Assembly (NCBI RefSeq): GCF_964213995.1
Contig: NC_135825.1
Coordinates: forward strand, 12,586,001-12,650,000
Source: Mustelus asterias
Lineage: Eukaryota
Reading direction: 5' to 3'
Length of the DNA stretch: 64,000 nucleotides
A program made the translations under genes and the position numbers. Under the pieces are notes generated by a model. The model searched no databases, had not been told where the DNA came from, and saw nothing but the letters and a program-made list of their open reading frames with translations. Shown piece by piece: positions 34,828-47,230 of the stretch; position 1 is the first letter of the stretch, and each line of letters begins with the position of its first letter.

Positions 34828-37800
34828 ATATGTGGTTCGGTGTCAAAGTTTGACTGACCACACCCCAGTGAAGCACCTTGGAACGTTTCGCAATATTAAA
34901 AACGCTAGGTTAAATCAAGCAAAAACAGGGAATGCTGGAAAATCTCGGCAGGTCTGACAGCATCTGTGGAGAGAGAATAGAGCCAATTCTCTGTCTGCAG
35001 ATGCTGTCAGACCTGCTGAGATTTACCAGCATTTTCTGTTTTTGTTTCAGATTTTGCTTTTATACAAAAACACACTGCTGCTTGGCTGCTATAAATTTGA
35101 TGAGGAATGACAGCTCCTACTTCCTCGATTCCTTTTATTTCTGTTACAGGTTTTGCTGACACTGATCTTTTCCTGAGACAACAACGTGCTTCAGCTGCTG
35201 ATACTTTAGTCAGCAATTTTAAACAACATTTGCAATTTATTTAAAGTTAAATTGGCTTCAATTTAAACCTAACCTGACGGATGTGTGTCCAGAAAGAGAG
35301 AAAAAAATCAACAACTTTTACTCAGAAGAATTTTCACTTCGATTACGCACAGTACACGATAAGACACACTTAACAGCACTGGCACCTGATCTGCCCACTG
35401 TAGCAAAAACAATGTGAACATTTTTCACCATCCCAAAAGAAAATTAATGAACATGTCTAAAGAAAATAGCACACTACGGACATTGTTCAATACATATTTA
35501 GGAGGGACATCAACTTAGCATATCAATTTTAGACATGACATGGTTTGATAAAAGCATGGTGACAAAGTACAGAAGAGAAATGGCCATCAATAATGTAACC
35601 TTAGCATCACAAAGTCTACAATTAATCCCTTTAGAGCAAATGCCTGAATTTGAGAAATGGTGTAAAGGGTTGGTGATTCTATTTTATCCTTTACTCTTTC
35701 GTGGCATGTGGGCATCGCTGGCCAGGCCAACATTTGTTGCCCATGCCTAATTGCCCTTGAACTGAGTGGCTGTTGAGTGTCAGCCTCATTGCTGTGGATC
35801 TGGAGTCACGTGTAGGCCAGGCTGGGAAGGTCTAGGACCTGAAGCCACAGCCTCAGAATAAATGGACAACCCTTCAGGACTGAGATGAGGAGGAGGAATT
35901 TCTTCAGAGTGTAATGAATCAGGAGGAACTCATTGCCAGAGAAGGCCGTGGAGGCCAGGTCATTGAGTGCATTTAAGACAGAGATAAATAGGTTCTTGAT
36001 TGGTGAAGGACTCATGGGTTACGGGGAAAAAGTGGGAGAATGGGGTTGGAAAACTTATCAGCCATGATTGAATGATGGAGCAGATTTGATGGGCCGAATG
36101 GCTTAATTCTACCCCTGTATCTTACAGTTTTATGGTAGATGGCCGATTTCTTTCCTTAAAGAGCATTAATGAACAATAAGGGTCTTAGAACAATCATAGT
36201 CATTATTTTTTATTTATTTTGGTTAAATTTAAAATTCATCATCTGTTGTGGTGGGATTTGAATCCACGTCATTACCCTGGATTACTTATACCAGTAACAA
36301 TACCAATACGCCACCATCTTCCCTATTGGCATCCATGCTTCTTGTAGCAGCTGTGCCTAATCTGGATCAGAATAATGTCCTTTGATATTTTGTTATTAAG
36401 CAGATTTTGTTTTTGTCCAATTAATTAAGAGTGACATAAAATGGTCGGCAGGGGTAGGCAGGGTGGGCCTGGGTTTGATGCTCTTTTGGACAATCAGTTC
36501 AGACTCGATGGGTGGGATTTTAAGGCTTCGCTCGTCTCAAAACCATAAAATCCCGCCCGAGATCAACGGACCTTCCTATTGAGCACCCCTCGCCCGCTCT
36601 GATTCCCGTGGGCGGGCGGGCCGGTAAAATTCCAGCCGATAAGTCCAAAAAGTCAAAGTCCAGGAGCTGTTTCCTTTGTGGCTGAGTTCAATCTTGATGA
36701 GTGCCTGGATCGAGGTGACAAGACGAAAATCCCTGAAATGAATGGTGCTCTAACTCGCTGAACTTTCTGTGGGTTGACTGCTTGATCAGAGACTTTGAAA
36801 ATTAGATGGATTGAGAGGTGGTAACTGACTGCTTGCACAGCCAGGCTGCTAGATTCTTTTCCAGTTGATGTTAAAACAACACTCTGCCTGTGAGGCCCAA
36901 TGTTAAAACCGTCAAGCGGCCAGAGGCCTGGGTCATATGACATGACCCATTAATGGCTAATTGCAGCTTAACAATCAGTTTCTGTACTTGTGGCCAGGAT
37001 TCCATTCCTTAGGAGTAAGAGGAGGTGGATATGAGCATCACTTCCAGTTTAATGAGTTTTGTGATAGTTCCAGTTTCGAATCCAATCCATCTGCACTCCC
37101 TCTGCTTCCATTGATTGCGAGGCTTATGTACAATGAGGTGTGAGATTTTACAAGTGGAGTGAAGAATTATTTTGTTGTGGTAACTCAAGATGGCAACTCC
37201 CAGAACAAAGGGTCAGTCCTGGGATCATGTGACTTGTGGCAGCCATCTATGTTTGACTCAGCAGCAAGCCCATTGTTTTAAACGTGGCAAAACAATAAAG
37301 TTTTGAATTTATTTTCATGTCATATGGATTCCTCAGTGACTAATTGATTCATGAATTGGGTATTGACAATGGCAAGAATAACAATTTGCATTTATTTAAA
37401 TCCTTTAATAGACTAAAACATTCCGAGGTACTTCACTGGAGTATTATAAAACAAAGTGCCAAGCCACATGAGGAGATATTAATGACAAGTTGACTTATAA
37501 TGACCATTTGACCATTTGCCCATTCAAGCAATCAGCCTTAAGGTCAAGAGGAATGTTGCAAGCAACAGATCATTAAAGTTTGAAGCTAGGCTCCAGTGTG
37601 ATTGGATTAAAGAGCAAAAAAACAACAGATGGCAACAGAAACTTAGGTACTTCCTCTCCGAGCAATTTAGAAACCAAACAAAGTAAACCGGTCATATGCC
37701 CAATCAGCACTATCTGTCAGTCCCTGCACCAGATCAGTTAGGCCCGCTTTTGGACACCAAGCCACAATTAAACAAGGGTGACAAGCTGCAGATGTCTTTT

Positions 37801-38983
37801 GCTCTTCCCTTGGCAACTGATTGACAAAGGCAGGATGAATGTTGGGCAGCTGTAAGAGAGGCAACAGCCCTCACATAAGCCATGGAATGGGTAGGGTGAA
37901 GAGAGGGAGAAGGTGCGCATTGATAAAGAGGGGGCTAGTACCAGCCCTCAGGAGACCTGCTTCTTCTAGCTCGAGGTGAAATGGACGTCATTTAATATAA
38001 TTGAATCCCGACAGTACAGAAGGAGCCTGCACCAACTCTCCAACAACAATCCCACCCAGGCCCTATCCCTCGCAACCCCACATTTTTACCCTGTCAATCC
38101 CCCAACCTATATATCACTGAGGGACAATTTAGCATGACCAATCCACCTAATCAGCACATCTTTGGAGTGTAGGAGGAAACTGGAGCAGCCGGAGGAAACC
38201 CACGCAGACACGAGAGAAAGCGCAAACTCGACACAGACAGTGACGGAGGCTGGTATTGAATCTGGGTCCCTGGTGCTGTGACGCAGCAATGCTAACCACT
38301 GTGCCACCGTGCCGCCCCATTGGTCTAAGCCAAGTGTTCTGGATTATCTATGGTAGCTGGTGATTGGCATATTGCCCAGCCAGCTATCAAAAACAGAATA
38401 ATTTGGCATTCTCTTGACATTAGCATATCAAACCCTGCTCTTCTCGAACAGAGACCCAAAAACTAGACACATACGCTTCACTTGGCCAGATTTGCAGAAG
38501 CAGACAAAACAAATCCATCGAAACGTTCAAAAAAGAGCAAAATAATTCAAACACGGGGTGCCAGAAATAGTTAGCAGGTCTGACAGCATCTGTGGAGAGA
38601 GGAATAGAGTTAACAGGCCGGATTAGGGCTGAGTTGGCATGCCTCGCAAGCTCTTTAAAAATGCCAGGAGAGTCCCGACGCCATGATTCCCCACCCCATT
38701 GCCGGAGGTGCCTTTTAAGAGTGAGGGCTGGTTTAGGTGACAAACACGCACCCTGCACTCTCAGTGCTGTGGGACTTTGTCACAATTAAAGCAAAGACAG
38801 AATGGTCCTCATCCCTCACAGCCCCTCAGCTCCCACACACTCCCCCATGCCCCATCCAGGACACCTCTTGCTGAGTATTTCCTCCGTTTTTAATTTTAGA
38901 TTTCCAGCATCTACTGTTTCTTTTTTTTGCTGTCACCAAAATAATTCATCTTGACATTCATCCTTCCCCATTCCTTAAAGTAT

Positions 38984-39066
38984 ACTTCCTGTGAACTTAA
39001 GCAGATGAAAAATTACCCTCTTGCTTTCCGTTACGTGACCCAGAACTCTGAGTCAAGTGAAAAAGT
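38984..39066 (+). promoter_or_regulatory. Putative leukocyte-type proximal promoter
   Basis: Within 140 nt of the ATG: ETS site ACTTCCTGT (38984-38992), bZIP-like TTACGTGA (39031-39038), AP-1 TGAGTCA (39049-39055) and IRF-like AAGTGAAA (39055-39062). No TATA box. Confidence 0.45.
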
Positions 39067-39121
39067 AAGAACAGTTCCACAACTTTCTCCGTGACTATTG
39101 TTCATCTTTTAAACGTAAGAT

Positions 39122-39161
39122 ATGGATTTTTCATTTCATTTTCTCGTGATCTCCTTTGCAG
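39122..39161 (+). CDS. Exon 1 (signal peptide) of CD300/pIgR-like activating receptor
   Basis: ATG 39122 encodes MDFSFHFLVISFA plus G, followed by a perfect donor GTAAGT at 39162 (phase 1). Joins the IgV exon in frame to give the hydrophobic leader MDFSFHFLVISFAVVWA. Confidence 0.75.
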
Positions 39162-42084
39162 GTAAGTAACAAACAATTAATGTGAGTGTGCATAGTGAAA
39201 TGAGAATGGTGTGTGTTAGTGTAAGTTTTAGAAGAATGTTAATTTGTAGCAGATTTTTCGTCTAGAATTCTTCTGGAATTGGGCAGCACAGTGGTTAGCG
39301 CTGCTGCCTCGCAGCGCCAGGTACCCGGTTTCAATTCCAGCCTCAGGTCACTGTCTGTGTGGAGTTTGCACATTCTCCCCGTGTCTGTGTGGGTTTCCTT
39401 CAGGTGCTCCGATTTCCTCCCACACTCCAAAGATGTGCAGTTTGGGTGGGTTGGCCATGCTAAATTGCCTTAGTGTCCCGAGAGGTTAAATGGATTTGCC
39501 ATGGTGAATGTCTGAATTTGCAGGGATAGGGCAGGGGAGGGCCTGGGTGAGACGCTCTGTCAGAGAGTCAGTGCAGAATTGATGGGCCAAATGGCCTCCT
39601 TCTGCACTGTAGGGATTCTATGATTCTAATTTATTGTCTTCATCATAAGTTTGTTAATCTTCCCTAACCAATTTTCCTCTAAGTCCAATACCCCAGGTAC
39701 AGGAGCAAGAATATCCAACACAGTGTGTCCATCAACTATGGCTCAGTGGAGAGACAGTAGCCTCGCTAACCGGGTGGTTGTTGGGTTCAAGCCCCACTCC
39801 AGAGACTTGAGCATGCGCACTATGGTAATGCTTCAGTTTAGTCATCAGGGATCAGACATCCTGGCCGGAATTCTGGGACGGGCGAGGTTCGCAGAACGAC
39901 GTTCTCCATTGGCCTCGGGTGGGATCTTACGATCGGACGGGCGAGGTGGTACAATTCCGGCACCCACCTCCCCGACCAGCTGCACGTGAAAGATTTCACA
40001 GATTTGCTGTGCTCATATTGGCTGTTCTGTTTGTTCTTTAGACTGTAACCGTGACTACACTTTCAGCATATGAGTTGGCTGCAAAGGGTTCAGAGGTCAC
40101 AAAAGGTGCCATGCAAATGCAAGTCTTTCATATCAGTGCACCTGTCTTGTATATTTTATATAAATATTTGTTCAAATAATTGGGTGGCACGGTAGCACGG
40201 TGGTTAGCACTGCTGCTTCACAGCGCCAGGGACCTGGGTTCGATTCTCCGGCTTGGGTCACTGTCTGTGTGGAGTTTGCACATTCTCCTCGTGTCTGCGT
40301 GGGTTTCCTCCGGGTGCTCCGGTTTCCTCCCACAGTCCAAAGATGTGCGGGGTAGGTTGATTGGCCGTGCTAAAATTGCCCCTTAGTGTCCTGAGATGCG
40401 TAGGTTAGAGGGATTAACGGGTAAGTATGTAGGGATATTGGGGTAGGGCCTGGGTGGGATTGAGGTCGGTGCAGACTCGATGGGCCGAATGGCCTCTTTC
40501 TGCACTGTAGGGTTTCTGTGATGAATTGAAGCCTATGAATCCCTGCAGATACTGTTCGGGAGGGCAAATTCCCATTCATGTCATAATCTTTTTAATTGAC
40601 TTTTACCTGTTGCTGCTTCACACTCTGCAGCCTCACTGTGCAAGAATACAAAAAACCTAAATGGCAGTTTTAAAAAACAATGTAATGAAGGCGGTGACCT
40701 CTGCTGAGCCCAGAAATGGATGGAATCATGAGGAACTGTCAATCTTGGCTCACATATGTGACGTTCCTGGCCTGAATATTTCACCAGGCGGGCGTGCGCA
40801 CTTGGTGGGGTCAGAAACAGGCGTGAAACGCATTCCTGGCAGCGGTCGGCCTTGGATCTATTTTAGAAATTGAAGAAGTTTATTTATTTGTGTCACAAGT
40901 AGACTTACATTCACACTGCAATGAAGTTACTGTGAAAATCCCCTAGTCGCCACACTCCGGCGCCTGTTCGGGTACACTGGGGGAGAATTTAGCACGGCCA
41001 ATCCACCCAACTAGGACGTCTTTCGGACTGTGGGAGGAAACCGGAGCACCCGGAGGAAACCCACGCAGACACGGGGAGAACGTGCAGACTCCGCACAGAC
41101 AGTCACCCAAGCCGGGAATCGAACCCGGGTCCCTGGCATTGTGGGACAGCAGTGCTAACCCACTGTGCCACTGTGGCAGACCTTGGGTGTCCCTCTGTGT
41201 GGAGTTTGCATGTTTCTCCCCCGTGTCTGTGTGGGCTTCCTCTGGGGCTGGCCAATTAATGGCCATTTCCGGTGTGAAGCGCACTCTGGGAGAGGCTGAG
41301 TGCTGCCAGGAGGGCGGGCTCCAAGGGAAGCGAGGGTGCGGGCTGGCATTTCCATGTTGCCTCTTCTGGGGAAACGGCTGCTGTTGAACTGTGTCAGGGA
41401 GCCCGCGCCCCATGAAAAATAAATATGTGTTAAAACTATGCCACGCGTGTTTGGGCAGCGCGATCACACACAGAACTCAGTTCCCGGATGCATTTGTTCA
41501 TTTTATCTGAACCCTGACCTTTTCATCCCACCCTGAATCCAGGTTGCCAATTGGCCCACCCGACAGACAATGTAAAATCCCAGTCATAGAATCATAGAAT
41601 CCCTCCAGTGCAAAAGGAGGCCATTCGGCCCATCGAGTCAATTTGTTGTTCAATTATTTCAATTGGCAAAGGCGCAATTCCGTCAGGAAACATCTTCTGG
41701 TGCAATTCTTATGTGTTTCCAGGTCAGGTAGCGCCTGAACTTTATACCTAAAATTTTGGCCCCTGTGAGTAGGTGGGAAGGAAAATTGCTGGCATGTGAA
41801 AGGTTGTTCATGCTTCAATCTTTCATTATTTTACAATTACACAGACTCTGCAGCACAGAAACACTCAGAGGGCTGTTCATCTTTGAAGTATTCTACCTCA
41901 GAATGCTGTTGAGGCCCCCAGTTGCTAAGTGTATTCAAGTATGAACAAAGAGCAAAGAAAAGTACAGCACAGGAAGAGGCCATTTGGCCCTCCAAGCCTG
42001 CACCGATCATGATGCCCTAACTAAACTAAAAAAAAAACCTTCTGCTCTTACTCATTCCGTATCGCTCTATTCCCTTCCTATTGG

Positions 42085-42580
42085 GGCACTCGGGGTGAAT
42101 GGGCTCAAACGTTGTGGGGAAAAAGCAGGATTAGGATATTGTGTCGGACGATCAGCCATGATTTAGATAAGATGGAAGCAGGGAAGTTGTTTCCACTGGC
42201 AGGTGAAACTAGAACTAGGGGGCATAGCCTCAAAATAAAGGGGAAGCAGATTTAGGACTGAGTTGAGGAGGAACTTCTTCACACAAAGGGTTGTGAATCT
42301 GTGGAATTCCCTGCCCAGTGAAGCAGTTGAGGCTACCTCATTGAATGTTTTTAAGGCAAGGATAGATACATTTTTGAACAGTAAAGGAATTAAGGGTTAT
42401 GGTGAGCGGAGCTGAGTCCACAAAAAGATCAGCCATGATCTTATTGAATGGCGGAGCAGGCTCGAGGGGCCAGATGGCCTACTCCTGCTCCTAGTTCTTA
42501 TGTTCTTATGTGATGAATGGCGGAGCAGGCTCGAAGGGCCAAATGGCCTCCTCTTGCTCCTATCTTTTATGTTTCTATGT
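42085..42580 (+). mobile_element. Nested CR1 3' fragments
   Basis: TRGHSLKI / NFFTQRVVNLWN-type sequence and two CR1 3' UTRs. Confidence 0.75.
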
Positions 42581-43915
42581 TATTCATGTACCCATCCAGG
42601 TGCCTCTTAAATGTTGCTAATGCGCCTGCTTCCACCACCACCTCTGGCAGCGCGATCCAGGCACCCACCACTCTCTATGCGAAAAATGTCCCCCGCACAT
42701 CTCCCTTAAACTTTCCCCTCTCACCTTGAACCTGTGCCCCCTTGTAATTGAGATTGAGAGATTCCCGGGCATTAAGCGAATCTGGGAATATGGGGATAGC
42801 TTGGGAAATTGGAGTTGAGGTAGATTATCCAGGATCTTATTGAAAGATGCAGTCTCAAGGGGCTGTATTGCCTTCTCCTGCTCCTATTTCTTATGTTACA
42901 TTCTTAGAGCATGTTAAAAGGTCAACTCAGCTGTTTGCTCTATATCTCCCCTCAAGTTCCCTATCACACATGGCAGGCCAATGTGAAATCTGGCTGCCCC
43001 CCGCCCCCCTCCCCGCCCAGTGATATGTCTATAGCTGAGGCCAGACTTCCACCCTTATCAGGGAGTTAGTCCCATATGCAGGAACATGTCTGGAGTATTG
43101 AGTACAGTACCAGCCACCTCAGCATTAAGAAGTGTTTAGATGGCATTTGCAATGCCAAGGTGTGCAAGGTTATCCATAGAAATCCATAGAAACCCTGCAG
43201 TGCAGAAGGAAGCCACTTGGCTCATCGAGTCTGCACCGACCACAATCCCACCCAGGTCCCATTCTCGCATCCCCACATATTTACCCTGCCAATCACCCTA
43301 ATACTAGGGTCAATTTAGCATGGCCAATCAACCTAACCAGCAAATCTTTGGACTGTGGGACGAAACCAGAACACCCGGAGGAAACCCAGGCAGACACGGG
43401 GAAAACGTGCCAACTCCGCACAGACAGTGACCCAAGCCAGGAATCGAACCTGGGTTCCTGGCGCTGTGAGGCAGCAGTGCTAACCACTGTGCCACAGTGT
43501 CGCCGCAGTAAAAGTAAAGTAAAGTTTATTTATTAGTCACAAGTAAGGCTTACATTAACACTGCAATGAAGTTACTGTGAAATCCCCCTAGTCGCCACAG
43601 TCTGGCAGCTGTTTGTGTCAATGCAACTAACCAGCACATCTTTCAGAATGTGGGAGGAAACCGGAGCACCCGGAGGAAACCCACGCAGACACGGGGAGAA
43701 TGTGCAAACTCCACACAGAAATGACCCAAGCCAGGAATCGAACCCGGGTCCCTGACACTATGAGGCAGTAGTGCTAACCACTGTGGCACAGTGCCACCCA
43801 CATGGACCAAGTGCTGGAAAATGGGATTAAAGTAGTTGGGTGGTTTGTCCTTGACCGGCATTGATGCGATGGGCCAAAGGGCCGTTTTCTGTGCTGTAGA
43901 TTTCTATGACTCTAT

Positions 43916-44042
43916 GGGCGGGATTTTCCAGCCACGCTCCTCTCAAGACCGGAAAATCCTGCCCGAGGTCAATGAACCTTCGCATGGTCCGTGTCCCACC
44001 CACTACGATTCCCGTGGTAGGCGGGATGGGAGAATTCCGCCC
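43916..44042. mobile_element. MITE, PIF/Harbinger-like
   Basis: TIRs GGGCGGGATTTTCC / GGGCGGAATTCTCC; 3-bp TSD TAT. Confidence 0.7.
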
Positions 44043-44069
44043 TATGACGCTATGACCTCATTTATGGAA

Positions 44070-44585
44070 AGAAATTAATGCATTGGAAGTAGTTTGGAGA
44101 AGGTTTACCAGGCTAATACCTGGAATGGGCGCGTTGTCTCATGAGGAAAGGTTGGACAGGCTAGGCTTGTATCCACTAGAGTTTAGAAGACTAAGAGGTG
44201 ACTTGATTGAAACAAATCAGATCCTGAGGGGTATTGACTGGGTGGATGTGGGGAGGGTGTTTCCTCTTGTCAAAGAATCTAGAACTAGGGTCACTGTTTA
44301 AAAATAAGGGGAGATGAAGCAAAATGTTTTCTATCAGAAGATTGTGAGTCTTTAGATCTCTCTTTCTGAAAAGGCGACGGAAGCAGAATCCTTGAATATC
44401 TTTAAGGCAGAAGTGGATAGATTATTGGTACACAAGGGGGTTGGAGGGTAAAAGGTTACCGGGGGTTGACAGGAAGCAGATTTGAGGTTACTATCAAATC
44501 AGCCAGGATCTTATTAAACAGTGTAGCAGACTCAAGGGGCTGAATGGCCTATTCCTGCTGCTTGCTCACATGTTCATAAGTTCAT
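44070..44585 (+). mobile_element. CR1 3' fragment
   Basis: RRFTRLIPGM...LEFRRLRGDLIE. Confidence 0.8.
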
Positions 44586-45210
44586 GGACAGAATTCTCTG
44601 ATTGTGCTGGTCTAAAAGCCGGAAATTCCCGCCCGACTGTCAATGGGATTTCACCCACCCGTTAAAATTCCCGTGGCGGACAGGATGGGAGAATTCCGGC
44701 CTATATGCATGTGGAGAGTTGGCAGGTAATCTGATTGGCTGCCAGCTCTGTAATCCCAGAATGCCATGAGACAGGAGCAGCTAAGACTATAACCGGTCCT
44801 CAAGAAGGGGGTGGGTGTACACTGACTTAAAGGTGAGTCCGGGGATTGGGGGCGGGGGGGATAGGTGCAAGGCCCCAGAGAGGAGGGGGGGTGGGTATCA
44901 TGTTAGAAAGGCCAGGGGGAGAGGCTTAAAAATGAGGGAGGGATTGTCATCTTAGCGGCAGTGCCCCTGATGAGCACAGTGGAACACCCCTCCTCCCCAC
45001 TGTCCCAAAAAAGTACGGGGCTGGCTGACTTTTTTCCGTCTGCCCTGGAGGGCCAAACCTTGTGGTGGAGATGGAGTGTGTGAGACACTTAAGTGGTTGT
45101 TAATTGTCCATGTAAGGCAGCAGAGCAAATGTGCTGCCTGATGCCTCACCACTCCCCACCCCACCCCCACTGTAGGATGGGGTGAATCGGGAGTGGGCGG
45201 GATGGGATGG

Positions 45211-45519
45211 TTTACAAAATAATGGTTGGAATGCGAGTCTTTACAGGTAATCAAGTCTTAAAGGTACAGACAATGTGAGTGGAGAGAGCGTTAAGCACAG
45301 GTTAAAGAGATGTGTATTGTCTCCAGCCGGGACAGTTAGTGAGACTTTGCCAACTCGCATTCCAACCATCATTTTGTAAATTGAGTTTGTGTCGTTATAT
45401 GCCCTGTTTGTGAACAGAACTCCCACTTACCTGACGAAGGAACAGCGCTGTGAAAGCTAGTGGCTTTTGCTACCAAATAAAGCTGCTGGACTTTAACCTG
45501 GTGTTGTGAGACTTCTTAC
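45211..45519. mobile_element. Penelope pLTR fragment with 5' inversion and degenerate hammerhead
   Basis: 45211-45350 is antisense and 45353-45519 is sense to the Penelope 3' region. CUGACGA...GAAAGCUAGUGG at ~45427-45463, with stem II disrupted. Confidence 0.8.
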
Positions 45520-46699
45520 CCTGTTTTGCTAATCAGGTGCTAATCTTGTGGCTGTGAGTTTTAAAAAAATGCTTCCCCCCTCATTCAGATTCACAGATAA
45601 GAGTCAGAAGGAGCCGCAGAATAAATCAGCGCGCTACAGCAAACTGCTCATCCTGTTTGAAGTTTCAGTCAAACCAACAAAGAGAACCACAGCCCACACC
45701 CGACACCACATCAACTGCAGCAGAAAACCACAGCACTTGCATCGTCAGGTCCTCTGTTACCCAGCCTGCTGTGTAATCGAGCAGGGTGTGCATTGGGTCC
45801 TTCCTGCAGTGTGGCCTTCCACTCCAGGCAGTGTCCCTGTTATTTGCTGCGTCGCCTGAAGCAGGCCTGTGAAGCATCATCCTGAATTGAATGATTTTAG
45901 CCCACAGCGAGTGCAAATTGGATAAGATAACATCGACGGTGTGGACCTCGCCGGTCACACAGTCTGCTTTTCTCGCCATATTATAGAACCTAGAATCCCT
46001 ACAGTGCAGAAGGATTCCCTATGGCCCATCGAGTCTGCACCAACCACAATCCCACCCAGCCCCTATCCCCGTAGCCCCACGTATTTACCCTGCTAGTCCC
46101 CCTGACATTAAGTGGCAATTTAGCATGGCCAATCAACATAACCTGCACATCTTTGGACTGTGGGAGGAAACCCACGCAGACACGGGGGATAATGCCCAAA
46201 CTCCACACAGACAGTGACCCAAGCCGGGAATCGAACCTGGGTCCCTAGCACTGTGAGGCAGCAGTGCTAACCACTGTGCCACCGTATTCAATACTGACGA
46301 AGAAAAGAATCCTGGAGGTGCACCACACCGTCACACTGGTGGACGGGACCTGAAAAAGCCAGCAATGATGGGTTTCCAGAGATTTGTTTTTTAAAAGGGT
46401 GCACCAATCTCCAGTTTAAAAAAAGGAACCCTCACCCCCACACACAGAGACCCCGCCCCCCCTATGCACAAAGAGATCCCCCACATGCACATGGGTAAGT
46501 TCCCCCCCCCCCCGCCCCCACCACCCATGGCAACCCTCCCACCTTCACAGACAGGGGAATCACACCCTACAAGGACACTGGGAAACCTGCTCCCCAAGGA
46601 GACCCGCAGAGGAACCCCCCCCTCTCCCCCCCCAACTGTGTACTGCCCCCGGCATCCTGACACTGCCCCTATGGTAAACAGCGGTGCAAAATTCTAGAC

Positions 46700-47230
46700 T
46701 CACAGAATTGTTACACTGCGGAAAGAGGCCATTTGGCCTATCGTGTTTGCACCAGCTCTCCAAACTAGCATCATGACTTAGTCTCATTCCCCTGCCTTTT
46801 CCCCCCGCCCCCCGTACCCCTGCACATTGTTTCTATACCAATAATCACCCAATGCCCTCTCGAATGCCTCGACTGAACCTGTCTCCACCACATTTCCAGG
46901 CAGCGTATTCCAGACCCAAGCCACTCGGCGTGTGGATAGGTTTTTGTCACATCACACTTGCTTCTTTTGCAAATCACTTTAAGTCTGTGCCCTCTCATTC
47001 TTTTACCAGCGGGAACAGTTTCTCCCTGTCTACTCTGGCCAGCCCCCTCATGATTTTGAACATCTCTCTCTTATCAAATCTCCTCTTAGCCTTCTTCTCT
47101 CCAAGGAGAACAGTCCCAACCTCTCCAATGACTCTGAGGTCCAGTTAGTGTCTTGCATAAGTTCAGCATAACCTTGCTCTTGTACTCAATGCCTCTATTA
47201 AGAAAGCCCAGAATACCAGATACTTTCCCT
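46700..47230 (-). mobile_element. Degenerate CR1 3' fragment
   Basis: ILGFLNRGIEYKSK...; RGHRLKVICKRS. Confidence 0.7.

Noticed and set aside
35535-35750. ORF containing WCKG as a second Ig exon
   Set aside because: No other V-domain hallmarks (B-strand Cys, DxGxYxC), and it runs into a SINE.
40182-40260. tRNA genes in SINE heads
   Set aside because: A/B boxes only; they continue into SINE bodies and give no complete cloverleaf.
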